DNA from: Parasitella parasitica NRRL 2501
Lineage: Eukaryota; Fungi; Mucoromycota
Length of the DNA stretch: 64,000 bases
NCBI GenBank assembly: GCA_025201805.1
Contig: MU619259.1
Span: 253,109 to 317,108, forward strand
Direction of reading: 5' to 3'
Below the pieces are notes generated by a model that saw nothing but the letters and a program-made list of their open reading frames with translations, was not told the DNA's origin and ran no database searches. Positions 13,415-27,071 of the stretch are shown here, piece by piece. Position numbers and translations under genes: made by a program. Numbering within the stretch: the first letter of the stretch is position 1; each line of letters starts with the position of its first letter.

Positions 13415-15368
13415 ATGGATGCAAAGGTCCAAGTAGCTTCCTCGTCACCGTCATTATCTGCTGCTGTTAGCTTTAGTCCAAACAGAAAAACGTAAGACCC
13501 CAACAACATTTGATCGTCTTGTATCTAACAAATTGCTCGACAGCAATACACTCGCAGTATTTTCTTCAATTGAGAATATCGACAATAATGCAATGAGCCA
13601 GAAATTACAGAACATCTTGCCTTCAAAGCAATATTACATTCCACAAGAGCCACATGACAAATTCTACGCAATTCATCACTCCCAGCAGCTGCCAAAGTGC
13701 GAAAATGATAGTGAAAATACTGAACCAGCCTTGGCTTCAAAACCCAAAAAGAGCAACCGCGGCCGCAAGAGAGTGAGCGATAAGTCAATAGCGGATAGTA
13801 CAGCACAGCAACATCAGCTCAACAAGCAGCGCAAAAAACCACGTCAGCAAACAAAAGCGCGTAAAGACCAACATTCCACACCTTCGTTATATCAGACATG
13901 CGTTGGCTTATGGCCCAAATCAAGCACGCTGGACGACCTTGCTTATGACCAAGTGAAAGCAATGAGCGACTTGCTGAAAGTAAGACTCTGCCAAGCCAAG
14001 TTCAAAATGATGGCCAAACTGGATAAAGACAATGAATTGTTCACCTTCTTATCTGAAGAGTACATGCCGCCCAGCTCAACATTGCGTTCATCTGTTCAAC
14101 TGGCTTCAAGAAAGAGACGCAATAAATCGGCCATGTCTATTGTTGGCAACGGCAAAAACTTGTTTGCTCGCCATAACAAGTTTAACAAGACTGAAGCATC
14201 AGCGCCCACTAGCTCCAATGCGTTTTCTGAATCATTTGATCCAATGCGTCACGATGCTGTTGTAACTTCGCCACAAAGACCAAGGAGCCAGAAAGAGCGC
14301 AAGAGAAAGACACCCAAATCCGCAACACCCAAGCAAAAACGTGTTGCTACCCCAAAGAGAAGATCTGCTGCTGCTAATGTCGTGCCCATCACACTGTCAG
14401 ACGGCTCCTCCTTTTATGTCTGCGAGCCATGCAACAAAAAGTACAAGAATCGAAACGGTCTTGCTTATCATCTGGAAAGATGCAAGAATTCGGATAAAAT
14501 AAAGCAGCTACAGCCTTCGCAAGAGCAAGAGCAACAGCACGAGGAGAGCAATCACCATGTTGTTTGCTGTCAGCAGCAGAACTCGGAAAAGATGGCCTTG
14601 GTTCAATGTGATGGTTGCCATAGTTGGGCACATTCTGATTGCGTTGATTTAGCGGACGATACCTTGGAAGATAGTTTCTATTGCCCTGGCTGCAAAGAAA
14701 ATAGACATGATGTATCTCAAGCTAATCAAGTCGGAAGAAATCTATTGAAATGTCTGCTGGAAGCTCAAGCAAGCGATCAGGAGCAACACCAGCAACAACA
14801 GCAACAACAACAGATGATAATGAAGCAGGATCAGATTGACCAAATTCAAGAACTCTTAAATAATCAAACGCCATCTCAGCAAAACGACACTCAAGAAGAA
14901 GATGAGCTGCTCAGCGCACTGACAAACCAAGGCGACGACCAATCTTCGCAGCTTCATATTTGGGATGACTTTAACGCATCTTTCGACAAGAACAATACTG
15001 GAGAGCAGTGGGGCTTATTAGATGACGACGAACCCTTTTCCAATTACGATACCGATATACCAAGCTCATCATGGAATATGAGTGACATAGCCATGTTTGG
15101 TCAGCCTCCTTCTCTTTTGTTCTCTGATAATTCAACCAATACCAATGATGATGCGAATGCTGCCATGATGAGCGATTTATCCGCTTCTTTGCCTCTAAAC
15201 GATATAACCTCCACACCCAATGACCCTCTCTGCAGTGTTCCAACCCCCCTCGGTGATGTGTCTACACCTTCTGGTATCTCTTCCAATGCAAACACGCCCA
15301 TTCAAACAGGCGATGGCTTGTGGTTCCAATTTGCCAATTTCGAAGATGACTATCAGTGCGACAATTAG
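13415..15368 (+). CDS. Nuclear protein with C2H2-like finger and PHD finger
   Basis: Exon 1 MDAKVQ...SPNRK, then a GTAAG..CAG intron and a long exon with CEPCNKKYKNRNGLAYHLERC, a PHD (VQCDGCHSWAHSDCV...FYCPGC), and Q-rich and acidic C-terminus. Confidence 0.8.
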
Positions 15369-15416
15369 TATTATGTAAAGGCTCAAATAAAAGATATTGA
15401 CACACTATTTTTATTG

Positions 15417-17923
15417 TTATTGAAAAAGAGTTTCCTCGTGCTTTTTCTTTGGTTTGATAGTGCCAGGCTTTCCTTGTGCATCAGGGTGAACAGCCAATTC
15501 GTGAGGTACCTTGGAAATGCTTGATTTCGCAAGCATCTGCCTTAAATCGTACATAACTTCGGCATCTTTGTTGGATAAAAATGTGATTGCCACACCAGAA
15601 TTACCAGCACGACCGGTACGACCAATACGATGGGTATAATCTATACAAAATACTCGTTAGCATAAACCTTGCCTATATCAGCCATGACGTATATGCATAC
15701 CTTCTATCGTCTTTGCCATGTCATAGTTAATAACAAGGGATACATTCTTCACATCAATACCACGACCAGCCACATCTGTAGCTACTAGCACACCTGCAGA
15801 TCCATTTTTCAGCTGAGCCAGAGCTAGCTCTCTCTGTTCCTGAGATTTACCACCATGAAGCGTAACGGCATGATGGCCTGATCTATTGACAGTTTTAGAT
15901 AATATATCAACGCCACGTCTTTGGTTGACAAAAATAATAATAGGCGGTGCAAATTTGCCAGAGTTGAGAATCTCCATGAGACGATTACTAGAAAAAAAAA
16001 AAGGCCAAACGATTTAGTTGACAGGGTTTATACACACACTGAATACACTTACGTCTTTTTGCCTTCGTCGTTAATCATCTCTACACGCTGTTCAACAGAT
16101 TCCACTGCTTGGCCTGCTTGGCCAATAGTTACAACTGCTTCTCGACGCAAATACTTTCTTGCAAGACGTTCCACAGCAGTTGGCATAGTAGCTGAAAACA
16201 TGGTGGTCTGTCTATATTTGTAGCCCTGAGGGGGCTCCACTTGCATTTCATCGTCGTTCTCAGGCTTCATATTGGTAACCGGCAATGCATCCAAGATAAA
16301 GTTGACGTCTGCTTCCATGCCCATATCAATCATGCGATCGGCTTCATCCATGACAACATAAGTACATTGATTCAACACAAGAATTCGTCTGTCTAAACAG
16401 TCTTTCAAACGGCCAGGCGTAGCAATGATAATCTCTGCACCATTACGCAAATTGAATGATTGCTCCTCGATTGCATGACCACCGACGATGGATACACAAG
16501 TAAATCCCATAGGCGTGGCGAATTTGATAGTTTCCTCTTCAATTTGCTGCGCTAATTCACGAGTGGGCGCCATGATAAGAGCATAAGGACCTTCCGCCAT
16601 GTTTTCTGCCGTAATCTTGGGCATATCCATAATGTAGGTCAACAGGGGGATCACGAATGAAGCAGTTTTACCCGAACCGGTTTCTGCGATACCAATGATG
16701 TCTCTGTTCTGGATGCCGATGGGGATAGCCTGTCTCTGGATAGGTGTAGGCTCAGCGTATCCAACGCTTTTAATAACATCCAGCATCTTTTCAGGAAGAC
16801 CTGATTCAGCCCAGGAGCGAATGGGGTGGGGAATGTTGCCACCTTTGGTGGAAATATTAAAGTCTTCTTTGAAAATACGCCAATCTCGATCCCTCATTTG
16901 ATCCAAAGGCTTCTCGGTCCAATGACGTTCATCCCATTTGGCTTTGGCCTCCTTATTGATGGACATTTGCTTGAGGGCAACTGCTCTTTCCACTTCTTCA
17001 GTCGTTCTGCGCTCCTTCAATAGTCGATCGTAGAATTCAGACTGATGCTTCTTTTGTTCTTTGGCATCGATACCCGCAAGATGTCCACGACCAAACATTT
17101 GAGCATTGTGTTTGTTGGCGTATAGAGGATTGATGTCGTGTGAGGTGTCTTCGCCAGCATCCCAGTCAAACACAAATTTACGCTCGTTCATTCTACGTAT
17201 CTTTCTCTTTTTGCGCTCTCCACCAAAGTATCTCTCTCGAATTGCTTGTTTTTCCTTTTCAGTCAATGCAGCATCGTCGTCCTCTTGTGCAAGTCCAGCG
17301 TCATCGCCTACTTGTCGTCTACTATCACGGCTTCTTTTGCTACTGTAGTCGCCGCGCCTATCTCGTTCTTTGTTTCTGTCTGCGCGGCGATCCTCATAGC
17401 GTGATGACAAAGAGCGAGAAAAGTCGTTGTTCTTTCTGTACTCATCCTCTGCTGCGAGATCAAAGTTCTCTCTTGCCTTTCTGTCTTTCTCCTGCTTCTT
17501 TTTTTGCTCTTCAACCTGCTGCTGGCGTTTCTCCAGAGCCAATTTACTACGCTCTTCCTTTGTCAAAAACTTGGGCTTCTCTGTGAGCTTCTTCTCTTCC
17601 TGTTTCTTTTGTACCAGCTCCTCAATTGAAATCGGCACTCTCTTTCTGGGCACTGCAGGAGCTACGGCTTCCATTGTCGTATCCTCTTCTATTACTGCGT
17701 CTTTGTTGCGTCGATCGCTCTCCTGGGGACGCTCATGGTCGTATCGTCTGCCGCCACTGTCTTGACGTTCATCGTGATTTCTGCTTGACCGGCTGTCTTT
17801 GTAGTGATTGTAGCGTCTGTTGTCACGTCTATCATCATATCTGTCTTGGTTTCTTTCATTGCGACTATATCTTCTGTCGTCTCGTCTTGACGGTGAGCTA
17901 GAGCGATTGTATGAACTCGACAT
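15417..17923 (-). CDS. PRP28: Pre-mRNA splicing DEAD-box helicase Prp28/DDX23
   Basis: RD/RS-rich N-terminus; [13 protein letters not shown]; [12 protein letters not shown]; AETGSGKT; DEAD; [10 protein letters not shown]; [10 protein letters not shown] in last exon. Confidence 0.95.
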
Positions 17924-18318
17924 GCTCTTTGAATGAGAATGAAAGAGTCTTTCTCCTCTTCACGCAATGTTTTTAAATTGTTCGACTGCGGGGTGTTACT
18001 AGCAGGTGGACAGACATCTGCGACTACCGGGTTAGTCTTGGCGTTCAATGTCAATTCAGGCTGTTAAAAACAAGATTTTTGTTCCTTTTTTGAAATTATA
18101 AGCTTAATCAAAGCAATAATTTGATCAACTATAAACCTTGTCTGAAATTATAAGCATAATCAATTGGCATGATGGCACTAAAATTGTTTATTATTGTATC
18201 AGATCGTCAAATCGTAGCATACGACTTCTTAGTGATTTTGAGTTACATTCAGGATAAAAGATATCATTTAGATAAGGGCGGATCCCTTTTTATTATTTCA
18301 ATCATACATTATAGCAAT

Positions 18319-19590
18319 ATGTCTGCAACAGAAACTATCGAGATGACAATCTTTAAAAAAAAACTTGAATCACCATCATCATCAAAGATAAACTTTCCAA
18401 TCAGCGAGCCTGGTGTAAATAATCAACAGCAACAGCAGCAGCAACAACAAAATCACACAAATCAACTTCAAACATTTGAAAAGAAAGTTCCTACCATGCT
18501 TGCTCGGTATTGTTTCCTGCTTGGCTTGGGCATGGCTATCAGGGGTAAAGCTCATGGAGCCATTCAAGCACAATACACTGCCAAATGAGGGGGGGGGGGG
18601 AGGCGCTATTATCGTCATTTTCTTGCTTTCAGAGCTGATATTGGAAGTGTGTGTTATGCTGAAAAATATCGCTGGAGGTTCATTTAATAGTATAGGTTAT
18701 CAATTTCGTCTTGCTGCCGTTCCTCATGTGCCGTATTGCCCGACTTTTAATTGCTGTCCATGCTGACCTTGACATGACAGTGCACAAAGGCTGGATGATT
18801 GCATTATCCACAAGCACAACTGTTTCCTCCAATGCTATCATGACTCGAAATGCAAATAGAAATGATGGCGCAGCTAAATATAGATTTGAATCAGCAAATG
18901 TTACAATGTGCCTATATGTTTGGGTATGTAGCATTTTTTAATGCTGCATCATAAAAATGTGCTGGGCATCTTCATATCTCTCGCACTGATGACAGAGTTT
19001 CAAAACGGCCCCATTGTCCTTGAGCCAGGCGCAAATCAAGAAAATCCTGATTGTGTTGGTGTTTTAAACACTCTGGGTAGCATTGTTTTAGCACCTTTAG
19101 TGGTGGGACAGATCATTCCTTACCTCTTCCCTGTACGGGGTAAAGTATTTAGCAGCAAATTGTAAGTTTTGAATCATCCGCGGCTTGACCCTACTGCGTC
19201 TTGTGTGCTGTGTCTTTAGTGATAGTGTGGCCAGCGATCCCTCTTCTAAAAAGAGCGGCGTCCACATTGTGGCCACCATATTCGTGGATATTTTCATGTA
19301 GTTGTTTGTTTGTTTGTTGCAAGATTGCCTTGGCCAACGAAACACCTGAATGAGCCCAAATGGGTTGCAAAATGGAGATTTTCAAGAAAGGATTCAGTGG
19401 CCATCATGACATGTATTGTGCAGACATAATATATGTAAAATTAGGCGTAATAACAATATATGCAGTACTATAGTGCCTCTAATAGCGTTTCTATGGGTAT
19501 CCCATTGATCAACGTCTTATATTCCGATAGTAGCTGCGGTGTTATTGGTGTACTATAGCTCCCTCTTCTCATGTATCCTATATGCCAGTA
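18319..19590 (+). pseudogene. Degraded SLC10A7/Rch1-like bile acid:sodium symporter family gene
   Basis: Fragments in different frames: YCFLLGLGMAI, STSTTVSSNAIMTRNA, NVLGIFISL, LGSIVLAPLVVGQII and WRFSRKDSVAIM, separated by frameshifts and stops. Confidence 0.65.
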
Positions 19591-20239
19591 AATTTTATAA
19601 CACAACTTACTGAAATAGAGTGCCGTTCTTAATGCGCGAATATATATTTATTCATATATACTTTTCATCGGCATTCAGATGCAGACATTGAAGCAATGGG
19701 TTGAAAACGATTCAGCTATAAACGATGAAATTTACAGAGGTTTTACTCAGAATCAACCCAGTTATCAACCATGAGAAAAGAGCAAAGCAAAATAGTGCGC
19801 TCATGGCTTCAGCATGTCTTTTAGATACAATGTACTATACGTTCTCTACTTGTTTTTTCTCAATTTAATAAAGCCGATTGTTATATGAAGTTATTTCAAT
19901 AGCTTAAAACTTGTGTATACGATGTGTATATTTAAGTCTATGTTAGTATTCTTGTCGTTTGTCTGAACAAATTCTATGTATGCTACAGAAAGTGGTCAGA
20001 CGTGTACCAGGTTGTCCAGGTTTTGGCACTAGTATTACCCTTTCAGTAATCTCTGTGGTAAAGCATACTTATGTCCAAACACCTTGGGAATTTTCATTGT
20101 TGCAATATTTGCAAACTGTTAGCATAAAATCAGTAAAAAAATTTCCTTTTGTTGTCTCTTTACGTTCTAACTAAGACACTATGGCAGTGAACCAATCTCT
20201 ATAGTACATATTCTTGTTGGTCGAGTTTATAGGGTTAGA

Positions 20240-22260
20240 TGTACTCGCTTTTTATCAAAAACTATCAAAAAAGGTAATTTTTGAATATTTAAAAATTATT
20301 AATATGAAAAGATGTTTGCATAGCCTTGTAATCTAAATAGTTAGATGTAGAATTCTTTCATTGTCATAAAACATTTAGTACGCAAATCTGTTATATTTAT
20401 GACTTTCTTGAGATATCTAGCAATGAATCTGTTTCAGCTCAATTTGAAACACACTGTTGAGATTGAATCTAGTTCAGCCTGCTATAGCTTTGTAGTCACT
20501 ATAAATTGAATGCACCGACTGTTTTCAATTGAGGAGCAAAGCATGATCCTAATAGGTAGCTTGGCTATGTCTCGATATGAACCGATAGCTGAAATGCTGC
20601 ATAATACTGGCTCGAAAATCTTTTTTATATAAGTTTATTTTCGGATGCAATAAATACCACCAAATTCTGAAATATAACCTTTTTCCCCGCTAAGAGGGTG
20701 TAATCTGCAATGTTTAATATTCTTGAGAAATATCAAGCAATAGATACATCTTTTTCAGCCAAACCCTATCTCTTTTGCTTTACTCTACAACATATCCAAG
20801 CTTCAAGCGCCTCTGACCATTATTTAAATTTTGCCCGTTTGGGGCCGCAAACTTCATATTGAATTTTCTGTTTTCAACTTTGGGTCGACCTTCAGGGCCA
20901 TTTTTAGGTACGAATTTGGGGACCAAGCCAAGTATACAGGGTAATACTAGTGTGATAACTGTACCTCATTACGTCTTTTGATTCTCGATATCTATCTTTG
21001 CTGCCGAGATATTGCCAAAACTAGATTTTGCAGATTTTACAGCATATGCTCTTATAACAAGTACCAAAATTTGAAACTAAATCATGTTTAAGTTCCTAAG
21101 TAAAGTAATAAAGCACGTTTTGGTACATTTACTGATATTAAACATGTCGTAGTGAAGCTCGAATTCGACAAGCTTGAGCCAATTTTGTCTTTTTACGTTA
21201 AACTTTGTCCCCTTGTTACTCAACAAACTACTAAAACACTCTGACTTGGGTTATTATCAAAATCTTTTTGAAACCTGATTCTCTATTAGATGTATAAGTT
21301 TCAGATAGGTGTGTAGAAAAAAAAAATTTCATTTTTTTTTAGCTGAGGCTTGATTTATTTTCATAACTTTCAAAGCAATAAACGGTATTTAAAGGTACAT
21401 AATATAGCAACACAAACATAGAGCTACAAAATAGCTACCAAATGGTTTTTGTTTGGTCAAAAAATAGCAATTTTTGAGCGAGATAATGGCGAAAAACAGT
21501 ATGGTTTTTTACCCTTTTGAATGGCTCCATTTTGGCCATCTAAACATAGGGCTGAGATTTTGTAGATTCATTTTGGTCGAGACAAAATTTTGATTTTTGG
21601 CAGATATAATAAAGCTACAGTTATGAACAAGATATTAACGTGTAGGCATTGGCATGATAATTTGTTTAGTCAACTTTATAGAGCTTAATGTACTCAAAAT
21701 ATGCTTGATTTTACTCAAAAACTATCAAAAAGGACGTTTTTTGAATATTTGAAGATTGGTAATAAAAAAAGGTGTTTTTATAGCCTTATAATTTATATGG
21801 TTGGATGCAAAATTTAATTTTTGTTATAAAACACTTAGTGTGCATATCCGATATACTTATTGCGTTTATGAGATATCTAGCAATGAACTATGCGAAAAAA
21901 GCTCGAAACTGATTTGGGTCAAATGGAAACACAGTGCTGAGATTCAATCTGCAGCCTATTTTTTTGCTGTAAATGAGACCACCAACTATTTTCAATTGAG
22001 GAGCAAAGCATAACTCTAGTAGGTAACTTGGGTAGGACTCAATATGAATCGATAGCTGAGGTACTGTATAATACAGGCTTAAAACCCATCTCTACATAAC
22101 TTTTTATTGGATGAAATAAATACTACCAAATCTAAAAAATTACTCTTTTCCCTGCTCAAGAGTATCTGCAATCTCTAATATCTTTGCAAACTATGAAGGG
22201 ATATAGACACTACTTTCAGCCAACCCGCCCCCCGACTTCTTTCGCCTACAACATGTGTAG
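20240..22260. repeat. Non-coding dispersed repeat with ~550-bp direct repeats about 1.46 kb apart
   Basis: 20250-20800 aligns with 21710-22260 (CAAAAACTATCAAAAA...GAGATATCTAGCAATGAA...TTCAATTGAGGAGCAAAGCAT). Further copies at 36950-37480, 38130-38230, 38895-39545, 41447-41800, 42430-42650 and 63650-64000 (inverted). Confidence 0.8.
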
Positions 22261-22930
22261 AGTATTTACAGTTTTGAATGGTTCATATTTAGGAAAAGTT
22301 AAATTTTAATTGATATATATAATTGCTCGTTGTATGTGCATTTTGTAGCTTGACCAAGAAACGAGTTGAACGGTATGCTAGGCGCTGCTCAGAATGAAGA
22401 ATACAGTCCAAGCTACTGTCCAAACAACCAAGAAAAATTACTACTGCAAAGCATCCGTCCAGAATTACTGTTAAGATATGGTGTCTTTATTGATTATCCA
22501 AAAACGTGTTAGAAACTTGGTGTCTTTGTGCTTGTGTTATTGTTTGATTTTCTGCCAATTCTGACGCTTATAACGTAATTACAGGTAAAACTCGATTGTT
22601 AGTTAGGCTTATTTCCCCTACTAGAAGCAGAGAACATATCCTGGGAGTCCTGCTTGACAATATCCTGATAATCCACTTTATTGCTAAACGTTTCCAAGCA
22701 CTCAATTGTATAGTTTGAAGTCATCAGATGTGTCCATCTCGAGTATACTTACTTTTTAACGAAAGTAACTGGATCACACACCTGGAGCCAATAAACTATT
22801 AATCATTGAATGAACAAACAAACACCGCATTTGCACATTTCGTCATTATCACCCATATATTGAATTCCGCAATGATCAATCTCTCAATTGTCCCCTCTTT
22901 TCATCTTCCTTTCCATCTTTGCTTTAAAAT

Positions 22931-24494
22931 ATGTCAAAACCTTCACCGCTAGCAGCCAAGATAGCAGGATTGATATTACCTGTTGTAGTATATGGCCTAT
23001 TATGTTATACTTGGTATACTTACATCTTTCGTATCTGTGGTAGGATATAGACGATTTATGCTGAGCATTTCGCAGTTTACTCACTTCAAATAACACTATA
23101 GCATACTTGTTATTGAACAAACCTCCTGATTACACAGCACAAGCAGGTAAAGTATACCATACGCATTCATGTGTATAAACGGATTCTTATAATAAATGCA
23201 ATAGTTATTTTTATTATCATTGCCAGCTTTCTATGGATCATGGCGATAGTTTCTTATACCCGAGTGTTATTCACCTCACCTGGAAAACCGTCGAATGTAA
23301 GTTGAAAGAAACCGCTTTGTAAGTGATTGTAATACTAATTACTCACTCCTCCCTCTCTTTCTCCTGCAGGCTCGTACACCGCTTTTGACCGAAGAATCGA
23401 ATCAGGGTTTAGTGGCCCCTATCAATTTGCCTCGATACTATTATTCACCCAAACTATTCAACAAATCCACCATGAAAAGTCGACAGATAGATGAACAGGA
23501 TAAAATGGATATCATGCCAGTCATTTCAGTAAGTCGCCAAGACGGTCAGCCCAAGTTTTGTCACATGTGTGAGTGTTACAAGCCTGATAGGGCTCATCAT
23601 TGCAAGGAGTGTAACGCATGTGTGCTCAAAATGGATCAGTAAGTTATTTAATTGCTGGAAGATGGCTGCAAAACACTGATTACGTTATAGTCATTGTCCT
23701 TGGGTTAGTGGCTGCGTTGGATTTAGAAACTACAAGTTTTTCTTTTTATTTGTGCTGTACACAGGGTGCTATGGACTTTGGGTGTTTGTCAGTTCCTTGC
23801 CTTTGGTTGTCACTGGCATTCGTGATATGGTATGTGCATGACAGGGTCATTGCAATTTAGACGTTTTTGATTAATTTTTGTCTATAGAATGCTGATTTGG
23901 ATCCCCAGTGGATTGTCATTATTTTAATGTGAGTCTAGAAAAAGCCTGGTCAAACGAAATTCGTATTAACTCTCGCATAACTACAGTGCATTTATATTTG
24001 GATTGACAGTATGCGGGTTTGCGGGTGTACATGCATACTACATTATAAGAAACGAAACTACAATCGAGCATTTAGCAGACAGACCAAATGAAATCAGGGT
24101 TGATTTTGATATGACGGGCCAGAATTTTGAAATTGTTTCCATGCCAGTGGACGACAATTTATGGGAACGCAAAAAGATGGAAAATTGGGTCTCTGTGATG
24201 GGTAGAAATCCTTGGGGATGGTTTTGTAAGTCATATTTTTCAACTTGTCATACTACTATAGTTAATGAAATACAATCTATAGTTCCTGTTCGAAGAGGAT
24301 TGGGCGATGGTACTATATTCCAGTACAATGACTACATATTTGATACCATTGTAAATAGAGCAGTGAAGCAACGTCAATCTATGGATGCTTTTAACTATCA
24401 AAACAACAATAATGCTCAGGAGGCACAAGTTGCAGTTGCAGATTATGAAGCAGAAAGACTATCCTCGATTGATAGCACTGCCCATATGACTTGA
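22931..24494 (+). CDS. DHHC palmitoyltransferase (Pfa3/ZDHHC2-like, multi-exon)
   Basis: TM exon MSKPSPLAAKIAGLILPVVVYGLL; CHMCECYKPDRAHHCKECNACVLKMD/HHCPWVSGCVGFRNYKFF across an intron; NETTIE motif. Confidence 0.9.
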
Positions 24495-24881
24495 TGACAT
24501 TGTAATAATATACCAAAACTTCTTTGCATTCACTTGTATATACACACATTTTCTATAAAGGCTTTTTTTTTTTTGTGTGGAAATATACGCCGCAATGGAG
24601 ACGTTGATTTGATAATTTAAAAGGGTAAAAGGGGTATCATATGAGATTGTTGATGCTACTCTTTTATTTCTTGTTTATACAGGTGTATTGCGTAGGCTTT
24701 GATGTTGGAGCTATATAACCCAAAGGCGAACTACATCAGTTTGAATTAATGCATTTTTATTCATAAGCCCCTAGTCTTTACATGACAGATGCTAGGAAAA
24801 AGGGTCACCATGGCACTTTTTTGGCAGATTGTTTGAAAAAAATGGAAACTCGCTCTAATCCTCCTCTGCTTTACATTTAAA

Positions 24882-27026
24882 ATGGGATCCAAGGAAAAGA
24901 AATCCACCATCAAGTTTCAGAAAACCAAACTCAAGGGAGTTGTGAAGCGTAGAAAAGAAGTAAATAAATTCAAGAGACAAATTATCAAGCGTCAGCTTCG
25001 TCGTGGAGCCCCCACTGACCCTCATAAAGGTAATGAACATTGAAATGTATTGTGATAACCTTTTGCAGCTGACCATTTTACACATTTTAGACGAAGAAGA
25101 AGGACTTAAAAAATCTGAGCCGGCAGGAGAAGAGTATGTTTAGTTGGGCATAACATAAAAAGCTGCTGCTCACTATTGTTGAATAGGACACCATCAGTCA
25201 ACACCGAGGATTACTTCTGTAACTTTGTCATAGATGCTGAAGAATTGCTTGATTTGGATGAAGATGAGGAAAAAGATTTGGATGCGTTGGATCTTTTTGA
25301 GGCCATTCTGGATCCAGACCAAAATATCGCCGCTGAAGGGTTAGATGAAGAAGAGGAAATAGAGGAAAGCGAGGAATCTGAAGAAGATGAGGATGAATAC
25401 GAGTCTGGAGAAGAAGACCAAGAAATGGGAGACAGTGGTGACGAGTCTGAAATTGTTACAATGGCCTTGTTGAATGAATGGTCTGCTGCCGCTCTCAAAA
25501 AGTCGCCCTTAGCATGGAAAAAGATGCTCATGGCCTTTAGGTCTATTGTCAGATCCGATGAGGACACATCCAAACAATTTACATATCGGGTCGAAAGCAG
25601 CAAAGGTATGTTTCCTTTGATTGACATAATCGTAATCGTGTGATACATATAACGTGGCTTATTCTGCTTTGTATAGTCTACACCAAGCTCATTCGAAATA
25701 CACTAAAGGCAGCGCACCCCATCCTGAGTCAACACATTTATTTTTTGAAAAAGGAGAAATATCCTGGCAAAACAAAAAATTGGCCCAAACTTGAAAAAGC
25801 TATTCAACTATTCTTCAACAACTGTGTGAGATTCCTTCGAGAATTATCTCAGGACGATATTATCCAGTATGTTTTGGAGCAATTGGAACCATGTACATTA
25901 TATTTGGGTTGTTTTCCAAAAATCTCAAGAGAATACCTCCGTGTCTTGCTGGATCGCTGGTCTGATGTTGCTCTTTCTGCAGAAACTCGCAGCCATTGTC
26001 ACAAAGCAATCAAACACTTTGCAACCACTGCCATCGATGCCAACCGTAAAAACTACATGCCCAACGTATTGAAGGGCATTTACCTTGTGTTTGCTAACCG
26101 CGCCACCAAGATCAATCTAACAAGTTTACCAGTAATCCAACAAATGTTGGAAGAAGCAGGCGATATTTATACAGTTGATTCCCAATTAAGTTATGAACAT
26201 GCGAACATGTATGTTCGTCAGCTTGCCGATCATTTAAAGAAGGCTAGGAAGAGTCAAACTGTGGAAAGTTTTAAGCAGATTTATACTTGGCAGTTCATTA
26301 GCTGTCTCGATTTCTGGGCTAGTACTGTTGCTTCTACTTGTGATCCCTCTGCCGGTGAATCATCTCCTATGCAAGCTATTGTGCACCCATTAGTCGAAGT
26401 TTGTCTTCATACTATCCGCTTGAACCCTACCGCCCTGTTTTTGCCACTTCGTATTCATCTCATACGTACTTTGACAGGCTTAATTGATTCTACAGGCTAC
26501 TATATCCCATTAGCGCCATATCTATTTGAAATCTTGAGTAGCGACACTTTCAAAGGAAATCCTGCACAAGGTGATCTGCTTGAATTTGATTGGGATTTAC
26601 ACCTTAAGACGCCCAAAAGTTATTTACAATCCAAAAACTATCAAGATTCTGTATATAATATGATGTATGATTGCCTTGTCGACTTTTATGCCTGCCTTGG
26701 TTTATCTATTGCGTTCCCTGAATTGGCCATTCCTGCGATTGATAAGGTAAAATGTTTCTCGTCATTTACATAAGCATCACCTAACACATGTCTAGCTCAA
26801 GGAATACCTCGTTAAAATGAAGGGCACTCGTTTCGTTAAATCGATTCGTGCATTGATTGAGAAGATGGAAACTCATAAAAATTATATTGAACAAAAGCGT
26901 GCACCCATCGAGTATACACCAAATAGACTAGAAGAAGCAAACTCATTCTTGAGAACCACAGATTTCGAAGCAACCCCTCTTGGTAACTTTTTGAAAAAAA
27001 GGAACCAGCAAAAAAGCAATAATTAG
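24882..27026 (+). CDS. NOC2: Nucleolar complex protein 2
   Basis: N-terminus KSTIKFQKTKLK; acidic tract; YVRQLADHL, IYTWQFISCLDFW, FLPLRIHLIR and SIAFPELAIP. Confidence 0.9.
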
Positions 27027-27071
27027 ATTCTCGCAATAAAAAAAAAAATTTATTCGTAAAAAGTAACATTG

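Noticed and set aside
21801-22013. Small ORFs within the dispersed repeat (also 37199-37549, 41378-41578, 62206-62481)
   Set aside because: Reading frames are not preserved between repeat copies.
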